Part shown: in pieces, positions 19,050-28,165 of the stretch | Position numbering within the stretch: the stretch's first letter is position 1 | Layout of the letters: every line of letters begins with the position of its first letter | Virus record (IMG/VR): IMGVR_UViG_2872698443_000002 | Source: a virus | Lineage: Duplodnaviria; Heunggongvirae; Uroviricota; Caudoviricetes | Length of the DNA: 35,230 nucleotides | Reading direction: 5' to 3' (one strand) | Notes under the pieces: generated by a model | Database searches by the model: none | The model's input: the letters and a program-made list of their open reading frames with translations, nothing else | Told to the model about the DNA's origin: nothing | Made by a program: the position numbers and the translations under genes

Positions 19050-19182
19050 CGGTGGCCTGAACGCGTTGCTGGATGAAACGGAGGCCGCCTGGGCGGTCTG
19101 TGCAGACAAAGTGGACATGATTATTGCGTGTCAGGAGCGAAACAGTGAACAAACCACAATCCCTGCGCCACGCCCTCAATAA
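18892..19182 (+). CDS. lysC: Rz1-like outer-membrane lipoprotein spanin (LysC), nested in lysB in another frame
   Basis: 96 aa with a lipobox (LTLSGC) and proline-rich periplasmic segment; starts inside lysB in a different frame and extends past its end. Confidence 0.7.
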   Translation: MRTRIYAAGLILLCLLTLSGCGNAPHSPEVQLTVSGCPRVTPCRLGQAAPRTNGGLNALLDETEAAWAVCADKVDMIIACQERNSEQTTIPAPRPQ

Positions 19183-19576
19183 AGCGGTGCCTTATGTCCG
19201 CAATAACCCGGACAAACTGCATCTGTTTGTGGATAACGGTTCGCTGGTTGCCACGGGGGCCAGCTCCATGTCATGGGAGTACCGCTATACCCTGAACGTG
19301 GTGATAGAGGATTTCAGCGGCGACCAGAATCTGCTGATGGCCCCGGTTTTACTGTGGCTTCGGGATAACCAGCCCGATGCCATCAATAACCCGGCGTTAC
19401 GGGAAAAGCTATTCACCTTTGAGGTGGATATTTTGCGCAACGATGTCTGTGATATCAGCCTTAACCTGCAATTGACGGAACGTGTGCTGGTCAGTACTGA
19501 CGGCAGTGTGTCGAGCGTTGAAGCTGTAGCAGAACCCGATGAACCTGAAGAAATGTGGACGGTGAAACGTGGCTGA
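19145..19576 (+). CDS. R: tail completion protein gpR
   Basis: About 143 aa from GTG 19145 (VNKPQSLRHALN...); P2 gene order. Confidence 0.8.
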   Translation: MNKPQSLRHALNKAVPYVRNNPDKLHLFVDNGSLVATGASSMSWEYRYTLNVVIEDFSGDQNLLMAPVLLWLRDNQPDAINNPALREKLFTFEVDILRNDVCDISLNLQLTERVLVSTDGSVSSVEAVAEPDEPEEMWTVKRG

Positions 19577-20015
19577 ACTGCAGAAGGTGGACGACTGGCT
19601 GAGTGCCTTGCTGGCGAATCTGGAACCAGCCACGAGAAGCCGCATGATGCGCCAGCTGGCGCAGGAACTGCGCCGGACACAGCAGCAGAATATCAGGATG
19701 CAGCGCAATCCAGATGGCAGCAGCTATGAACCGCGCAGGGTAACAGCACGCAGCAAAAAAGGCCGCATCAAACGTCAGATGTTTGCAAAGTTGCGCACCA
19801 CAAAATACCTGAAAACTGCCGCCAGCGCCGACTCTGCCAGCGTACAGTTTGAAGGCAAGGTGCAGCGTATTGCCCGTGTTCACCATTACGGCCTGCGTGA
19901 TCGCGTCAGTCGCAAAGGACCGGAGGTCCGTTACGCAGAGCGCCGCCTGCTGGGTGTAAATGATGATGTTGAGGCAATGACCCGCGACATGATTCTGCAA
20001 TGGCTGGCGGGGTGA
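19569..20015 (+). CDS. S: tail completion / virion morphogenesis protein gpS
   Basis: 148 aa from GTG 19569; P2 gene order. Confidence 0.8.
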   Translation: MAELQKVDDWLSALLANLEPATRSRMMRQLAQELRRTQQQNIRMQRNPDGSSYEPRRVTARSKKGRIKRQMFAKLRTTKYLKTAASADSASVQFEGKVQRIARVHHYGLRDRVSRKGPEVRYAERRLLGVNDDVEAMTRDMILQWLAG

Positions 20016-20019
20016 TCTT

Positions 20020-20037
20020 TGTATCAGCACTGATACA
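20020..20037. promoter_or_regulatory. Ogr-type late-promoter site (TGT-N12-ACA, perfect palindrome TTGTATCAGCACTGATACAA) upstream of V
   Basis: TGTatcagcactgatACA, centred about 55 bp upstream of the V start codon. Confidence 0.5.
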
Positions 20038-20083
20038 AGTTGCAGCACTGCCGCCTTTCTTCCCCTGATGGCAACCTTTCCCT

Positions 20084-20662
20084 ATGAACGCACAATTAAC
20101 CGAAATCATGCGCCTTATCACCAACCTGATCCGCACAGGGGTAGTCACCGAAGTGGACAGGGAAAACTGGCTTTGCCGGGTGAAAACGGGCGAGCTTGAA
20201 ACCAACTGGATCAGCTGGCTGACGCTGCGTGCCGGGAATGCCCGTACATGGTGGCGACCATCGGAAGGTGAGCAGGTGGTGCTGCTGAGTCTGGGCGGCA
20301 ATCTGGAAACCGCCTTTGCGCTGCCCGCTGTCTATTCGAATCAGTTCGCACCACCGTCGACGTCGGCGGACGCCTGCGTGACAGAACATCCTGACGGTGG
20401 CTGGTTTGAATACGAACCCGCCACCGGGCGCTGGTATGTCAGGGGCATCAAATCAATGGTCATTGAGGCTGCTGACAACATCACCATGAAAACCAGTGAG
20501 TTTGTACTGGAGGCTGACCGCACGCGCATTAACAGCGAAGTGGTGATCAATGGTGGCGTTACCCAGGGCGGCGGAGCGATGAGTTCTAACGGGATCGTGG
20601 TTGATGCGCATCAGCATACTGGCGTCCTGAAAGGCGGCGATACAACCGGAGGCCCGGTATGA
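20084..20662 (+). CDS. V: baseplate spike protein gpV
   Basis: 192 aa; first gene after the palindromic late-promoter element; P2 gene order V-W-J-I-H-G. Confidence 0.85.
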   Translation: MNAQLTEIMRLITNLIRTGVVTEVDRENWLCRVKTGELETNWISWLTLRAGNARTWWRPSEGEQVVLLSLGGNLETAFALPAVYSNQFAPPSTSADACVTEHPDGGWFEYEPATGRWYVRGIKSMVIEAADNITMKTSEFVLEADRTRINSEVVINGGVTQGGGAMSSNGIVVDAHQHTGVLKGGDTTGGPV

Positions 20663-21018
20663 CGCTTTATAGCGGGATGAACAATACCAGCGGCAAAGTC
20701 ATTACTGATATTGATCATCTGCGCCAGTCGGTGCGGGACATTCTGCTGACACCGCAGGGTAGCCGTATTGCCCGCCGGGAATATGGTTCCCTGCTGTCGG
20801 CACTGATAGATCAGCCACAAAATCCGGCATTACGCCTGCAGGTCATGTCGGCAGTGTATGTGGCGCTGAGTCGCTGGGAGCCACGGTTGACGCTGGATTC
20901 CATCACCATCAACAGCAATTTTGACGGTTCAATGGTGGTGGAGCTGACCGGGCGGCGGAATAACGGTGTGCCTGTGTCCCTTTCCGTATCAACAGGAGCA
21001 GAGAATGGCAGTGATTGA
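20659..21018 (+). CDS. W: baseplate protein gpW (gp25-like)
   Basis: 119 aa; size and order as P2 W. Confidence 0.85.
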   Translation: MTLYSGMNNTSGKVITDIDHLRQSVRDILLTPQGSRIARREYGSLLSALIDQPQNPALRLQVMSAVYVALSRWEPRLTLDSITINSNFDGSMVVELTGRRNNGVPVSLSVSTGAENGSD

Positions 21019-21913
21019 CCTTTCGCAGTTGCCTGCACCGCAGATTGTGGATGTGCCGGACTTTGAGACGCTGCTTGCCGAACGCAAGGCAGAATTTGTG
21101 GCGCTTCATCCGAAAGATGAGCAGGAAGCAGTGATCCGCACGCTGGAACTGGAATCTGAACCCGCCACTAAATTGTTGCAGGAGAACGCTTACCGTGAGT
21201 TGCTTCTGCGCCAGCGTATTAACGAAGCCGCGCAGGCGGTGATGGTGGCTTACGCGATGGGCGGCGATCTTGACCAGCTCGCTGCCAACTACAACGTGAC
21301 ACGCCTGACGGTGACGCCTGCTGATAATGATGCTGTGCCGCCCGTTGCAGCTGTGATGGAAAGCGATGAAGCGTTGCGCCTGCGTGTGCCTGCAGCCTTT
21401 GAAGGGCTTTCTGTTGCGGGGCCAACTGCAGCTTATGAATTTCATGCCCGAAGCGCCGACGGTCGGGTGGCGGATGCCAGTGCAACCAGCCCGGCACCTG
21501 CAGAGGTGGTGCTGACTGTCCTTAGCCGCGAAGGCGATGGAACTGCAGAAAAAGACCTGCTGGACGTGGTGGAAAAAGCTCTGAACAGTGAGAACGTCCG
21601 CCCGGTGGCTGACCGTCTTACGGTTCGCAGCGCAGAAATCATCCCGTATCGCGTGGAAGCCACCATTTTTCTCTATCCGGGACCGGAAGCAGAGCCGGTA
21701 ATGGCAGCGGCAAAAGCCAGTCTGCAGAAGTACATTGCCAGCCAGACGAGGCTTGGTCGGGATATTCGCCGTAGCGCCATCTTTGCTGCTCTGCATGTTG
21801 AGGGTGTTCAACGTGTGGAACTGGCTTCTCCGCTGGCGGATGTGGTCCTGAACAAAACACAGGCGGCATCATGTACGCAGTGGAGCGTAACCAACGGAGG
21901 AACGGATGAATAG
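21005..21913 (+). CDS. J: baseplate protein gpJ
   Basis: 302 aa from ATG 21005 (RBS AGGAG 6 nt upstream), overlapping the W end. Confidence 0.85.
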   Translation: MAVIDLSQLPAPQIVDVPDFETLLAERKAEFVALHPKDEQEAVIRTLELESEPATKLLQENAYRELLLRQRINEAAQAVMVAYAMGGDLDQLAANYNVTRLTVTPADNDAVPPVAAVMESDEALRLRVPAAFEGLSVAGPTAAYEFHARSADGRVADASATSPAPAEVVLTVLSREGDGTAEKDLLDVVEKALNSENVRPVADRLTVRSAEIIPYRVEATIFLYPGPEAEPVMAAAKASLQKYIASQTRLGRDIRRSAIFAALHVEGVQRVELASPLADVVLNKTQAASCTQWSVTNGGTDE

Positions 21914-22511
21914 TCTGCTGCCACCGGGTTCAACTTCACTGGAGCGCCGACTGGCGCAAACCTGTAGCGGGATTTCTGATTTGCAGGTACCGCTGCGTGA
22001 CTTGTGGAATCCGGCTACCTGTCCGGTCAGCTTCCTGCCTTATCTCGCCTGGGCGTTCTCTGTGGATCGCTGGGACGAGGGCTGGACAGAAAGCGTCAAA
22101 CGCCAGGTAGTGAAGGATGCTTTTTATATTCATCAGCATAAAGGAACCACCAGTGCCGTGCGGCGGGTGGTGGAACCGTTCGGATTCCTGATCCGCATTA
22201 TTGAGTGGTGGCAGACCGGAGAAACACCGGGCACGTTTCGCCTGGATATCGGCGTGCAGGACCAGGGCATCACTGAAGATACCTATCTGGAACTTGAGCG
22301 ACTGATAAGCGATGCCAAACCATGTAGCCGCCACATGATCGGCATGTCCATCAATCTGCAGACCAGCGGCCCGCATTGGGTGGGAGCCGCCAGCTATCTT
22401 GGCGAAGAAATCACGATCTATCCGTATATCAACGAAACGATTATTTCCGGTGGCACCGCGCATGAAGGCGGGGCGGTCCATGTTATTGACACAATGAGAG
22501 TGAATCCATGA
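21906..22511 (+). CDS. I: baseplate/tail protein gpI
   Basis: 201 aa, overlaps the J end and the H start. Confidence 0.85.
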   Translation: MNSLLPPGSTSLERRLAQTCSGISDLQVPLRDLWNPATCPVSFLPYLAWAFSVDRWDEGWTESVKRQVVKDAFYIHQHKGTTSAVRRVVEPFGFLIRIIEWWQTGETPGTFRLDIGVQDQGITEDTYLELERLISDAKPCSRHMIGMSINLQTSGPHWVGAASYLGEEITIYPYINETIISGGTAHEGGAVHVIDTMRVNP

Positions 22512-24031
22512 GCACAAAATTTTATACCCTGCTGACGGATATTGGCGCGGCGAAACTTGCCAGCGCCGCCGCGCTCGGTGTGCCGCTAAAAATTACCCAT
22601 ATGGCGGTCGGCGATGGCGGTGGAGTATTGCCAACGCCGGACGCAAAGCAGACGGCACTGGTAAATGAGAAACGCCGGGCTGCGCTGAATATGCTTTATA
22701 TCGACCCGCAGAACAGCAGCCAGATTATTGCCGAACAGGTGATCCCTGAAAACGAGGGCGGTTGGTGGATACGTGAAGTGGGCTTGTTTGATGAGTCCGG
22801 GGCATTGATTGCCGTGGGCAACTGCCCGGAAAGCTATAAGCCGCAACTGGCTGAAGGTAGCGGGCGCACTCAGACCGTGCGCATGGTGCTGATTACCAGC
22901 AGCACGGACAATATCACCCTGAAAATCGACCCTGCTGTAGTGCTGGCAACCCGCAAGTATGTGGATGACAAGGCACTGGAGCTGAAGGTGTACGCGGATG
23001 ATCAGATGGCAAAACATCTTGCCGCACCGGACCCGCATTCACAGTACGCGCCAAAAGCCAGCCCGACATTTACCGGAACCCCCAAAGCGCCAACGCCAGC
23101 GGCGGGGAATAATACCACGCAGGTTGCGACCACTGCGTTTGTACAGGCGGCACTGACGGCCCTTATTAATGGTGCGCCAGCCACGCTGGACACGCTGAAA
23201 GAAATAGCCGCAGCCATTAACAATGATCCGAATTTCAGTACCACCATTAACAATGCGCTGGCACTAAAAGCACCGTTGTCGAGTCCGGCACTCACCGGAA
23301 CGCCAACAGCCCCCACGGCGGCGCAGTCGGTCAACAATACACAGATTGCCACTACGGCTTTTGTGAAATCGGCGATTGCAGGAATGGTGGGTTCTGCACC
23401 TGCTGCACTGGATACACTGAACGAACTGGCGGCGGCACTGGGGAATGATCCGAACTTTGCCACGACAATGCTTAATGCGCTGGCAGGTAAACAACCGCTG
23501 GACAATACGCTTACCAATTTGAGTGGAAAGGATGTGGCTGGTCTTCTCGCATACCTTGGTTTGGGAGAAGGTGCTCCAGCTATTGGCGTTCCGTTCTTCT
23601 GGCCGTCCGCCGCAATGCCAGATACCGTAATCGAAAGCTGGTCCGGCATGGTGTTTTTGAAGTTCAACGGCGCGAAATTCTCTGCCACTGATTACCCTGT
23701 GCTGGCGAAAGTGTTTCCTTCGCTGGTATTACCTGAAGCCCGCGGTGATTTCATTCGTATCTGGGATGATGGTCGTGGTGTAGATAGTGGACGTGGATTA
23801 CTTAGTACGCAGTCTGACCTGATGAAACAATTTACTTTGCAATACTACGGTCCTTCTGCTGGTACTGGAACAAGAATGGTTTTCGCCCTCCAGAGTAATG
23901 CGAACGGCATATATACGAGTGGTATTAGTCAGAATGATGGTAGTGGCACCGCTGCGGCTTTTAATGTACCAGGCGGCACCGAAACACGCCCACGTAACAT
24001 TGCATTCAACTTTTTAGTAAGGGCTAAATAA
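22508..24031 (+). CDS. H: tail fibre protein gpH (constant N-terminal part plus currently expressed variable C-terminal cassette)
   Basis: 507 aa. Contains two tandem ~57-aa repeats (...SPTFTGTPKAPT...NDPNF / ...SPALTGTPTAPT...NDPNF). A gix-like crossover site lies inside the gene at 23544..23569. Confidence 0.85.
   Translation: MSTKFYTLLTDIGAAKLASAAALGVPLKITHMAVGDGGGVLPTPDAKQTALVNEKRRAALNMLYIDPQNSSQIIAEQVIPENEGGWWIREVGLFDESGALIAVGNCPESYKPQLAEGSGRTQTVRMVLITSSTDNITLKIDPAVVLATRKYVDDKALELKVYADDQMAKHLAAPDPHSQYAPKASPTFTGTPKAPTPAAGNNTTQVATTAFVQAALTALINGAPATLDTLKEIAAAINNDPNFSTTINNALALKAPLSSPALTGTPTAPTAAQSVNNTQIATTAFVKSAIAGMVGSAPAALDTLNELAAALGNDPNFATTMLNALAGKQPLDNTLTNLSGKDVAGLLAYLGLGEGAPAIGVPFFWPSAAMPDTVIESWSGMVFLKFNGAKFSATDYPVLAKVFPSLVLPEARGDFIRIWDDGRGVDSGRGLLSTQSDLMKQFTLQYYGPSAGTGTRMVFALQSNANGIYTSGISQNDGSGTAAAFNVPGGTETRPRNIAFNFLVRAK
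23544..23569. repeat. invertase crossover site, left (TTCTCGCATACCTTGGTTTGGGAGAA), inside H
   Basis: 26-bp imperfect dyad. It matches the reverse complement of the 25624..25649 site at 18 of 26 positions, including the central ACnTTGGTTT, and the codon phase is identical in both. Confidence 0.6.
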
Positions 24032-24624
24032 TGAAACCTGTTTTTGATAAAAATGGGCTGGCTACAGTGCCGGGTGATATGCGTTGTTTTTATTATGATG
24101 CAGTAACGTCTGAATATACTGGCTGGTCTGATGAATATATTAATACTGGTGTAAGTATGCCCGCCTGTTCCACTGGTATTGACCCGGGCGAATACATTCC
24201 GGGGAAAGTGGCAGTATTTACGGGTAAGGGATGGAGCCATGAAGAAGACCACCGCAATGAGACTGCTTACTCAATCGAAAATGGCGCAGCTGTTACAGTG
24301 GATTATATCGGTGCCATCAAAGACGCTTATGTCACGCTTTCACCGTTAACGCCATACGATAAATGGGATGGTGAGAAATGGGTGACAGATACTGAGGCAC
24401 AGCATAGTGCCTCAGTAGACGCGGCAGAAGCACAGCGCCAGTCGCTGATTGATGCTGCAATGGCTTCCATCAGTCTGATTCAACTGAAATTGCAGGCCGG
24501 GCGGAAGCTGACGCAGGCAGAAACAACCCGACTTAACGCCGTGCTGGATTACATTGACGCGGTGACGGCAACAGATACCAGCACCGCGCCGGATATCATC
24601 TGGCCTGAACAGCCGGAGGCGTAG
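24031..24624 (+). CDS. G: tail fibre assembly chaperone gpG (Tfa), expressed orientation
   Basis: 197 aa directly after H. Its C-terminus (...DYIDAVTATDTSTAPDIIWPEQPEA) resembles that of the convergent tfa copy. Confidence 0.8.
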   Translation: MKPVFDKNGLATVPGDMRCFYYDAVTSEYTGWSDEYINTGVSMPACSTGIDPGEYIPGKVAVFTGKGWSHEEDHRNETAYSIENGAAVTVDYIGAIKDAYVTLSPLTPYDKWDGEKWVTDTEAQHSASVDAAEAQRQSLIDAAMASISLIQLKLQAGRKLTQAETTRLNAVLDYIDAVTATDTSTAPDIIWPEQPEA

Positions 24625-25030
24625 GCCATTCAATATCTGGAGCACTGGAAATATCAACCATTTCCAGTGCGTCCAGATAATCAAACCAGGCGTTCAAAAG
24701 TGCTTCTTCATCTGGCTTGATGCGTTTGAGCGCCAGTCTTGTCCGTAGCATCTCTGTTTCCGATTTCACTTCTGATATCAGAAATACTTTTTTGACTTCC
24801 GCCTGATGCACCAATTCCTCATGGGTAGGCAGAGTGACATTCACCCAGGCAGGTCGACCTTTGACACTACCGAGTTCTTTTCCTTCCGGAGCCGGTTTCA
24901 TCCAGTATTTATCACGCTCTGAATCCGTCAGTTTAACGATATCGTCCGGCCATGTTCCGGCGGCGATATAGCCGTCTTTCATATCCAGAGGATAAAACGC
25001 CAACGTTGTGGCTGAGAAGCACATATCCAT
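24596..25030 (-). CDS. alternative tail fibre assembly chaperone (tfa'), silent orientation
   Basis: 144 aa, convergent with G with 3' ends overlapping; C-terminus (...DYLDALEMVDISSAPDIEWPTPP) is related to G. Confidence 0.7.
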   Translation of the reverse strand: MDMCFSATTLAFYPLDMKDGYIAAGTWPDDIVKLTDSERDKYWMKPAPEGKELGSVKGRPAWVNVTLPTHEELVHQAEVKKVFLISEVKSETEMLRTRLALKRIKPDEEALLNAWFDYLDALEMVDISSAPDIEWPTPPAVQAR

Positions 25031-25032
25031 AA

Positions 25033-25677
25033 TTAAAATCCTATCGCTAGCCAGGTGGTGGCGTTATTATCGGGAAGGAGCACTCTGTCTGATGTGTTGC
25101 TTAACACGCAAATCTGTGTGGCATTAAATCCGACATTCGTTATAGCATTAGCTGTCCACACTGATGTCGTTTGTCCGCCGCCCGGCGAAGACTCGCCGAC
25201 AAACAGTGGTGGTCTTGTGAAAGCCACCGGGAATTTTACGTAGACATCTGTTGGTGTAATCTCTGATAGCCCCCACTGTATAATCATGCCGGACGGTAAC
25301 TTCTGATATCCATTAGTTGACGGTGAACTACCAAAATCAGCAGGTAGCCCGCGCACCAAATCGGCATCAAGCCCTGACCCGGAACCATCAACCTGAAGCA
25401 GTTTTGTCAGTATTGCCTGCGCCGTTACCTGTTCTTCAAGAGCAAGACTTCCTCCTTTGTTTTGCAGATATACGTATTTTGCGGCACCGTCGACTTTAAA
25501 AGCGATAGCAAATTGTTTCTTCTGTTCATCATATGCCAGCCAAAGACTATCCTCTGGCCTGCCAGACTCAAACACGAAAGTCGAGAATCTGTTATCTGTC
25601 TTATCTCTCTTCAGGTTCAGTAATTCCGGTAAACCAACGTTTATGAAAATGCAGAGATAACGGCTAACTGGCATCAT
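25033..25677 (-). CDS. alternative tail-fibre variable C-terminal cassette (promoterless, silent orientation)
   Basis: Reading frame open through the crossover site. Sequence after the site (...IFINVGLPELLNLKRDK...) parallels H at its crossover (...LLAYLGLGEGAP...). The functional part is about 25033..25636; residues upstream of the site are read-through only. Confidence 0.65.
   Translation of the reverse strand: MMPVSRYLCIFINVGLPELLNLKRDKTDNRFSTFVFESGRPEDSLWLAYDEQKKQFAIAFKVDGAAKYVYLQNKGGSLALEEQVTAQAILTKLLQVDGSGSGLDADLVRGLPADFGSSPSTNGYQKLPSGMIIQWGLSEITPTDVYVKFPVAFTRPPLFVGESSPGGGQTTSVWTANAITNVGFNATQICVLSNTSDRVLLPDNNATTWLAIGF
25624..25649. repeat. invertase crossover site, right (TTCCGGTAAACCAACGTTTATGAAAA), gix/hix-like
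   Basis: Closely resembles Gin/Hin-family recombination sites (compare gix TTCCTGTAAACCGAGGTTTTGGATAA); inverted relative to the site in H; about 55 bp upstream of the invertase gene. Confidence 0.65.
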
Positions 25678-25704
25678 CCCCGGTTTTTATTCAGGGGATT
25701 GATC

Positions 25705-26271
25705 ATGCTTATTGGCTATGTACGCGTGTCAACAAATGACCAGAACACCGATTTGCAACGTAATGCACTGAACTGAGCGGGATGTGAGCGGATTTTTGAG
25801 GACAAAATCAGTGGCACTAAGTCCGACAGACCGGGACTGAAAAAACTGCTCAGGACATTATCGGCAGGTGACACTCTGGTTGTCTGGAAGCTGGACAGGT
25901 TGGGGCGCAGTATGCGGCATCTCGTTACGCTGATAGAAGAGCTGCGCCAGCGTGGCGTGAATTTCCGAAGCCTGACTGACAGTATTGATACCAGTACCCC
26001 AATGGGCCGTTTCTTTTTTCATGTCATGGGGGCCCTGGCTGAAATGGAGCGCGAACTGATAGTTGAACGTACCAGGGCGGGGCTGGCTGCAGCTCGCGCC
26101 AAAGGCAGAGTAGGTGGACGCCGTCCTAAGTTGATCACCGAACAGTGGGCACAGATTGGACGTTTACTCGAGGCCGGAGAATCAAGACAGCGTATTGCAC
26201 TGATTTTTGATGTAGGTGTTTCCACAATTTATAGAAAATTTCCGGCAAATAAGAGCAATGAATCCCCCTGA
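25705..26271 (+). pseudogene. Gin/Pin/Hin-family serine DNA invertase with in-frame TGA at codon 24
   Basis: MLIGYVRVSTNDQNTDLQRNALN-stop (TGA 25774..25776), then the same frame continues AGCERIFEDKISG...LVVWKLDRLGRS...FRSLTDSIDT...GRFFFHVMGALAEMERELIVERT... to 26271. This is a full-length invertase apart from the single stop, which falls where Gin/Hin have a Cys/Ser codon. Confidence 0.8.
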
Positions 26272-26319
26272 ATCAGCATTATGTTGATTATCCCTGCAAG
26301 CAGACAAATACCGTCATTT

Positions 26320-26337
26320 TGTATGAATAACGGTACA
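26320..26337. promoter_or_regulatory. Ogr-type late-promoter site (TGT-N12-ACA) upstream of FI
   Basis: TGTatgaataacggtACA, centred about 86 bp upstream of the FI start. Confidence 0.5.
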
Positions 26338-26413
26338 ACTGCGATTAGCTGTTTGTCAGGCACAATCACTTCAACATAGGGCGAAGCCTAATCCAATCAG
26401 GAGGTTCGCCACT

Positions 26414-27586
26414 ATGGCTCAGGATTACCACCACGGGGTGCGCGTTGTTGAAGTCAACGAAGGCACCCGATCCATTACCACGGTGAGCACCGCCATCGTG
26501 GGTATGGTCTGCACGGGCGATGATGCCGATGCAAAAATGTTTCCTCTTAATAAACCCGTGCTGATCACTGATGTGCTGACTGCCAGCGGTAAAGCGGGTG
26601 AGTCCGGTACTCTGGCCCGTTCGCTGGATGCCATCGCTGACCAGGCAAAACCCGTGACCGTTGTTGTGCGTGTGCCGCAGGGTGAAACGGAAGACGAAAC
26701 CACGACCAATATCATCGGCGCAGTGACTGCTGAAGGTAAAAAAACAGGTATGAAAGCCCTGTTATCTGCCCAGTCACAGCTCGGCGTTAAACCGCGCATT
26801 CTCGGCGTGCCAGGCCACGATAACAAAGCCGTTGCGACTGAGTTGCTGAGCGTGGCGCAAAGCCTGCGTGGGTTTGCTTACCTGTCAGCGTATGGCTGCA
26901 AGACGGTACAGGAGGCGATCACTTACCGTGAAAACTTCAGCCAGCGCGAAGGGATGCTGATCTGGCCTGACTTTACGGGCTGGGACACGGTGCTGAATGC
27001 CGAAGCAACGGCATATGCCACCGCCCGTGCGCTCGGTCTGCGCGCCAAAATTGATGAGCAGACCGGATGGCACAAAAGCCTGTCCAACGTGGGAGTGAAC
27101 GGTGTCACCGGAATTTCTGCTGATGTGTTCTGGGATCTGCAGGACCCGGCAACCGATGCAGGTCTGCTTAACCAGAACGACGTTACCACGCTTATCCGCA
27201 AAGACGGTTTCCGCTTCTGGGGTTCCCGCTGTCTGAGCGATGACCCGCTCTTTGCCTTCGAAAACTACACCCGCACGGCGCAGGTACTGATGGACACGAT
27301 GGCAGAAGCGCACATGTGGGCAGTGGACAAACCGCTGAATCCGTCGCTGGCCCGCGACATTATCGAAGGTATCCGCGCCAAAATGCGCAGCCTGGTCAGT
27401 CAGGGGTATCTCATTGGTGGTGATTGCTGGCTGGACGAGTCGGTGAACGACAAAGACACTCTGAAAGCCGGGAAACTCACTATCGACTACGACTACACGC
27501 CAGTGCCGCCACTTGAAAACCTGATGCTGCGTCAGCGCATCACCGATCAGTACCTGGTGAATTTCGCCAGCCAGGTCAGCGCGTAA
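26414..27586 (+). CDS. FI: contractile tail sheath protein gpFI
   Basis: 390 aa, first gene of the F operon; size as P2 FI. Confidence 0.9.
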   Translation: MAQDYHHGVRVVEVNEGTRSITTVSTAIVGMVCTGDDADAKMFPLNKPVLITDVLTASGKAGESGTLARSLDAIADQAKPVTVVVRVPQGETEDETTTNIIGAVTAEGKKTGMKALLSAQSQLGVKPRILGVPGHDNKAVATELLSVAQSLRGFAYLSAYGCKTVQEAITYRENFSQREGMLIWPDFTGWDTVLNAEATAYATARALGLRAKIDEQTGWHKSLSNVGVNGVTGISADVFWDLQDPATDAGLLNQNDVTTLIRKDGFRFWGSRCLSDDPLFAFENYTRTAQVLMDTMAEAHMWAVDKPLNPSLARDIIEGIRAKMRSLVSQGYLIGGDCWLDESVNDKDTLKAGKLTIDYDYTPVPPLENLMLRQRITDQYLVNFASQVSA

Positions 27587-27595
27587 GGGGACAAC

Positions 27596-28111
27596 ATGGC
27601 TTTACCACGCAAATTAAAACACCTGAACCTGTTTAACGACGGGAACAACTGGCAGGGGATCGTTGAGTCGCTGACGCTGCCGAAATTCACCCGCAAATAT
27701 GAGAAGTATCGCGGCGGCGGAATGCCGGGGGCAGTGGATGTGGATCTGGGGCTTGATGACAGTGCTCTGGACACAGAATTTTCCATTGGTGGTACTGAAC
27801 TGCTGCTGTTTAAGCAGATGGGCAAAGCCACGGTGGATGGCATCCAGCTGCGCTTTACTGGCTCTATCCAGCGTGACGATACCGGGGAAGTGCAGGCTGT
27901 GGAGCTTGTGGTGCGAGGACGTCACAAAGAAGTGGATTCCGGCGAGTGGAAGACGGGCGAAAGCAACACCACCAAAGTGACCAGTACCAACAGCTACGCG
28001 AAGCTGACCATCAATGGTGAGGTGCTCTATGAAGTGGACCTTATCAACATGGTGGAAATTGTGGACGGTGTGGACCTGATGGAAGCGCACCGCAACGCCC
28101 TCGGCCTCTGA
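27596..28111 (+). CDS. FII: tail tube protein gpFII
   Basis: 171 aa immediately after the sheath gene. Confidence 0.9.
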   Translation: MALPRKLKHLNLFNDGNNWQGIVESLTLPKFTRKYEKYRGGGMPGAVDVDLGLDDSALDTEFSIGGTELLLFKQMGKATVDGIQLRFTGSIQRDDTGEVQAVELVVRGRHKEVDSGEWKTGESNTTKVTSTNSYAKLTINGEVLYEVDLINMVEIVDGVDLMEAHRNALGL

Positions 28112-28165
28112 TGTATCTGAACGGCGCGGGATACCGCGCCAGAACCCAATTTACAGGACAATAAA

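Noticed and set aside
20020-20037. Palindrome TTGTATCAGCACTGATACAA read as a rho-independent terminator after S
   Set aside because: No downstream T-run; the TGT-N12-ACA spacing matches the late-promoter activator element seen at two other operon starts, so the activator site is the better reading.
20909-21811. 300-aa minus-strand ORF across W/J
   Set aside because: Antisense to two conserved baseplate genes; Cys/His/Arg-rich junk translation.
23002-23688. 228-aa minus-strand ORF inside tail-fibre gene H
   Set aside because: Antisense shadow of the Ala/Thr/Pro-rich repeat region of H.
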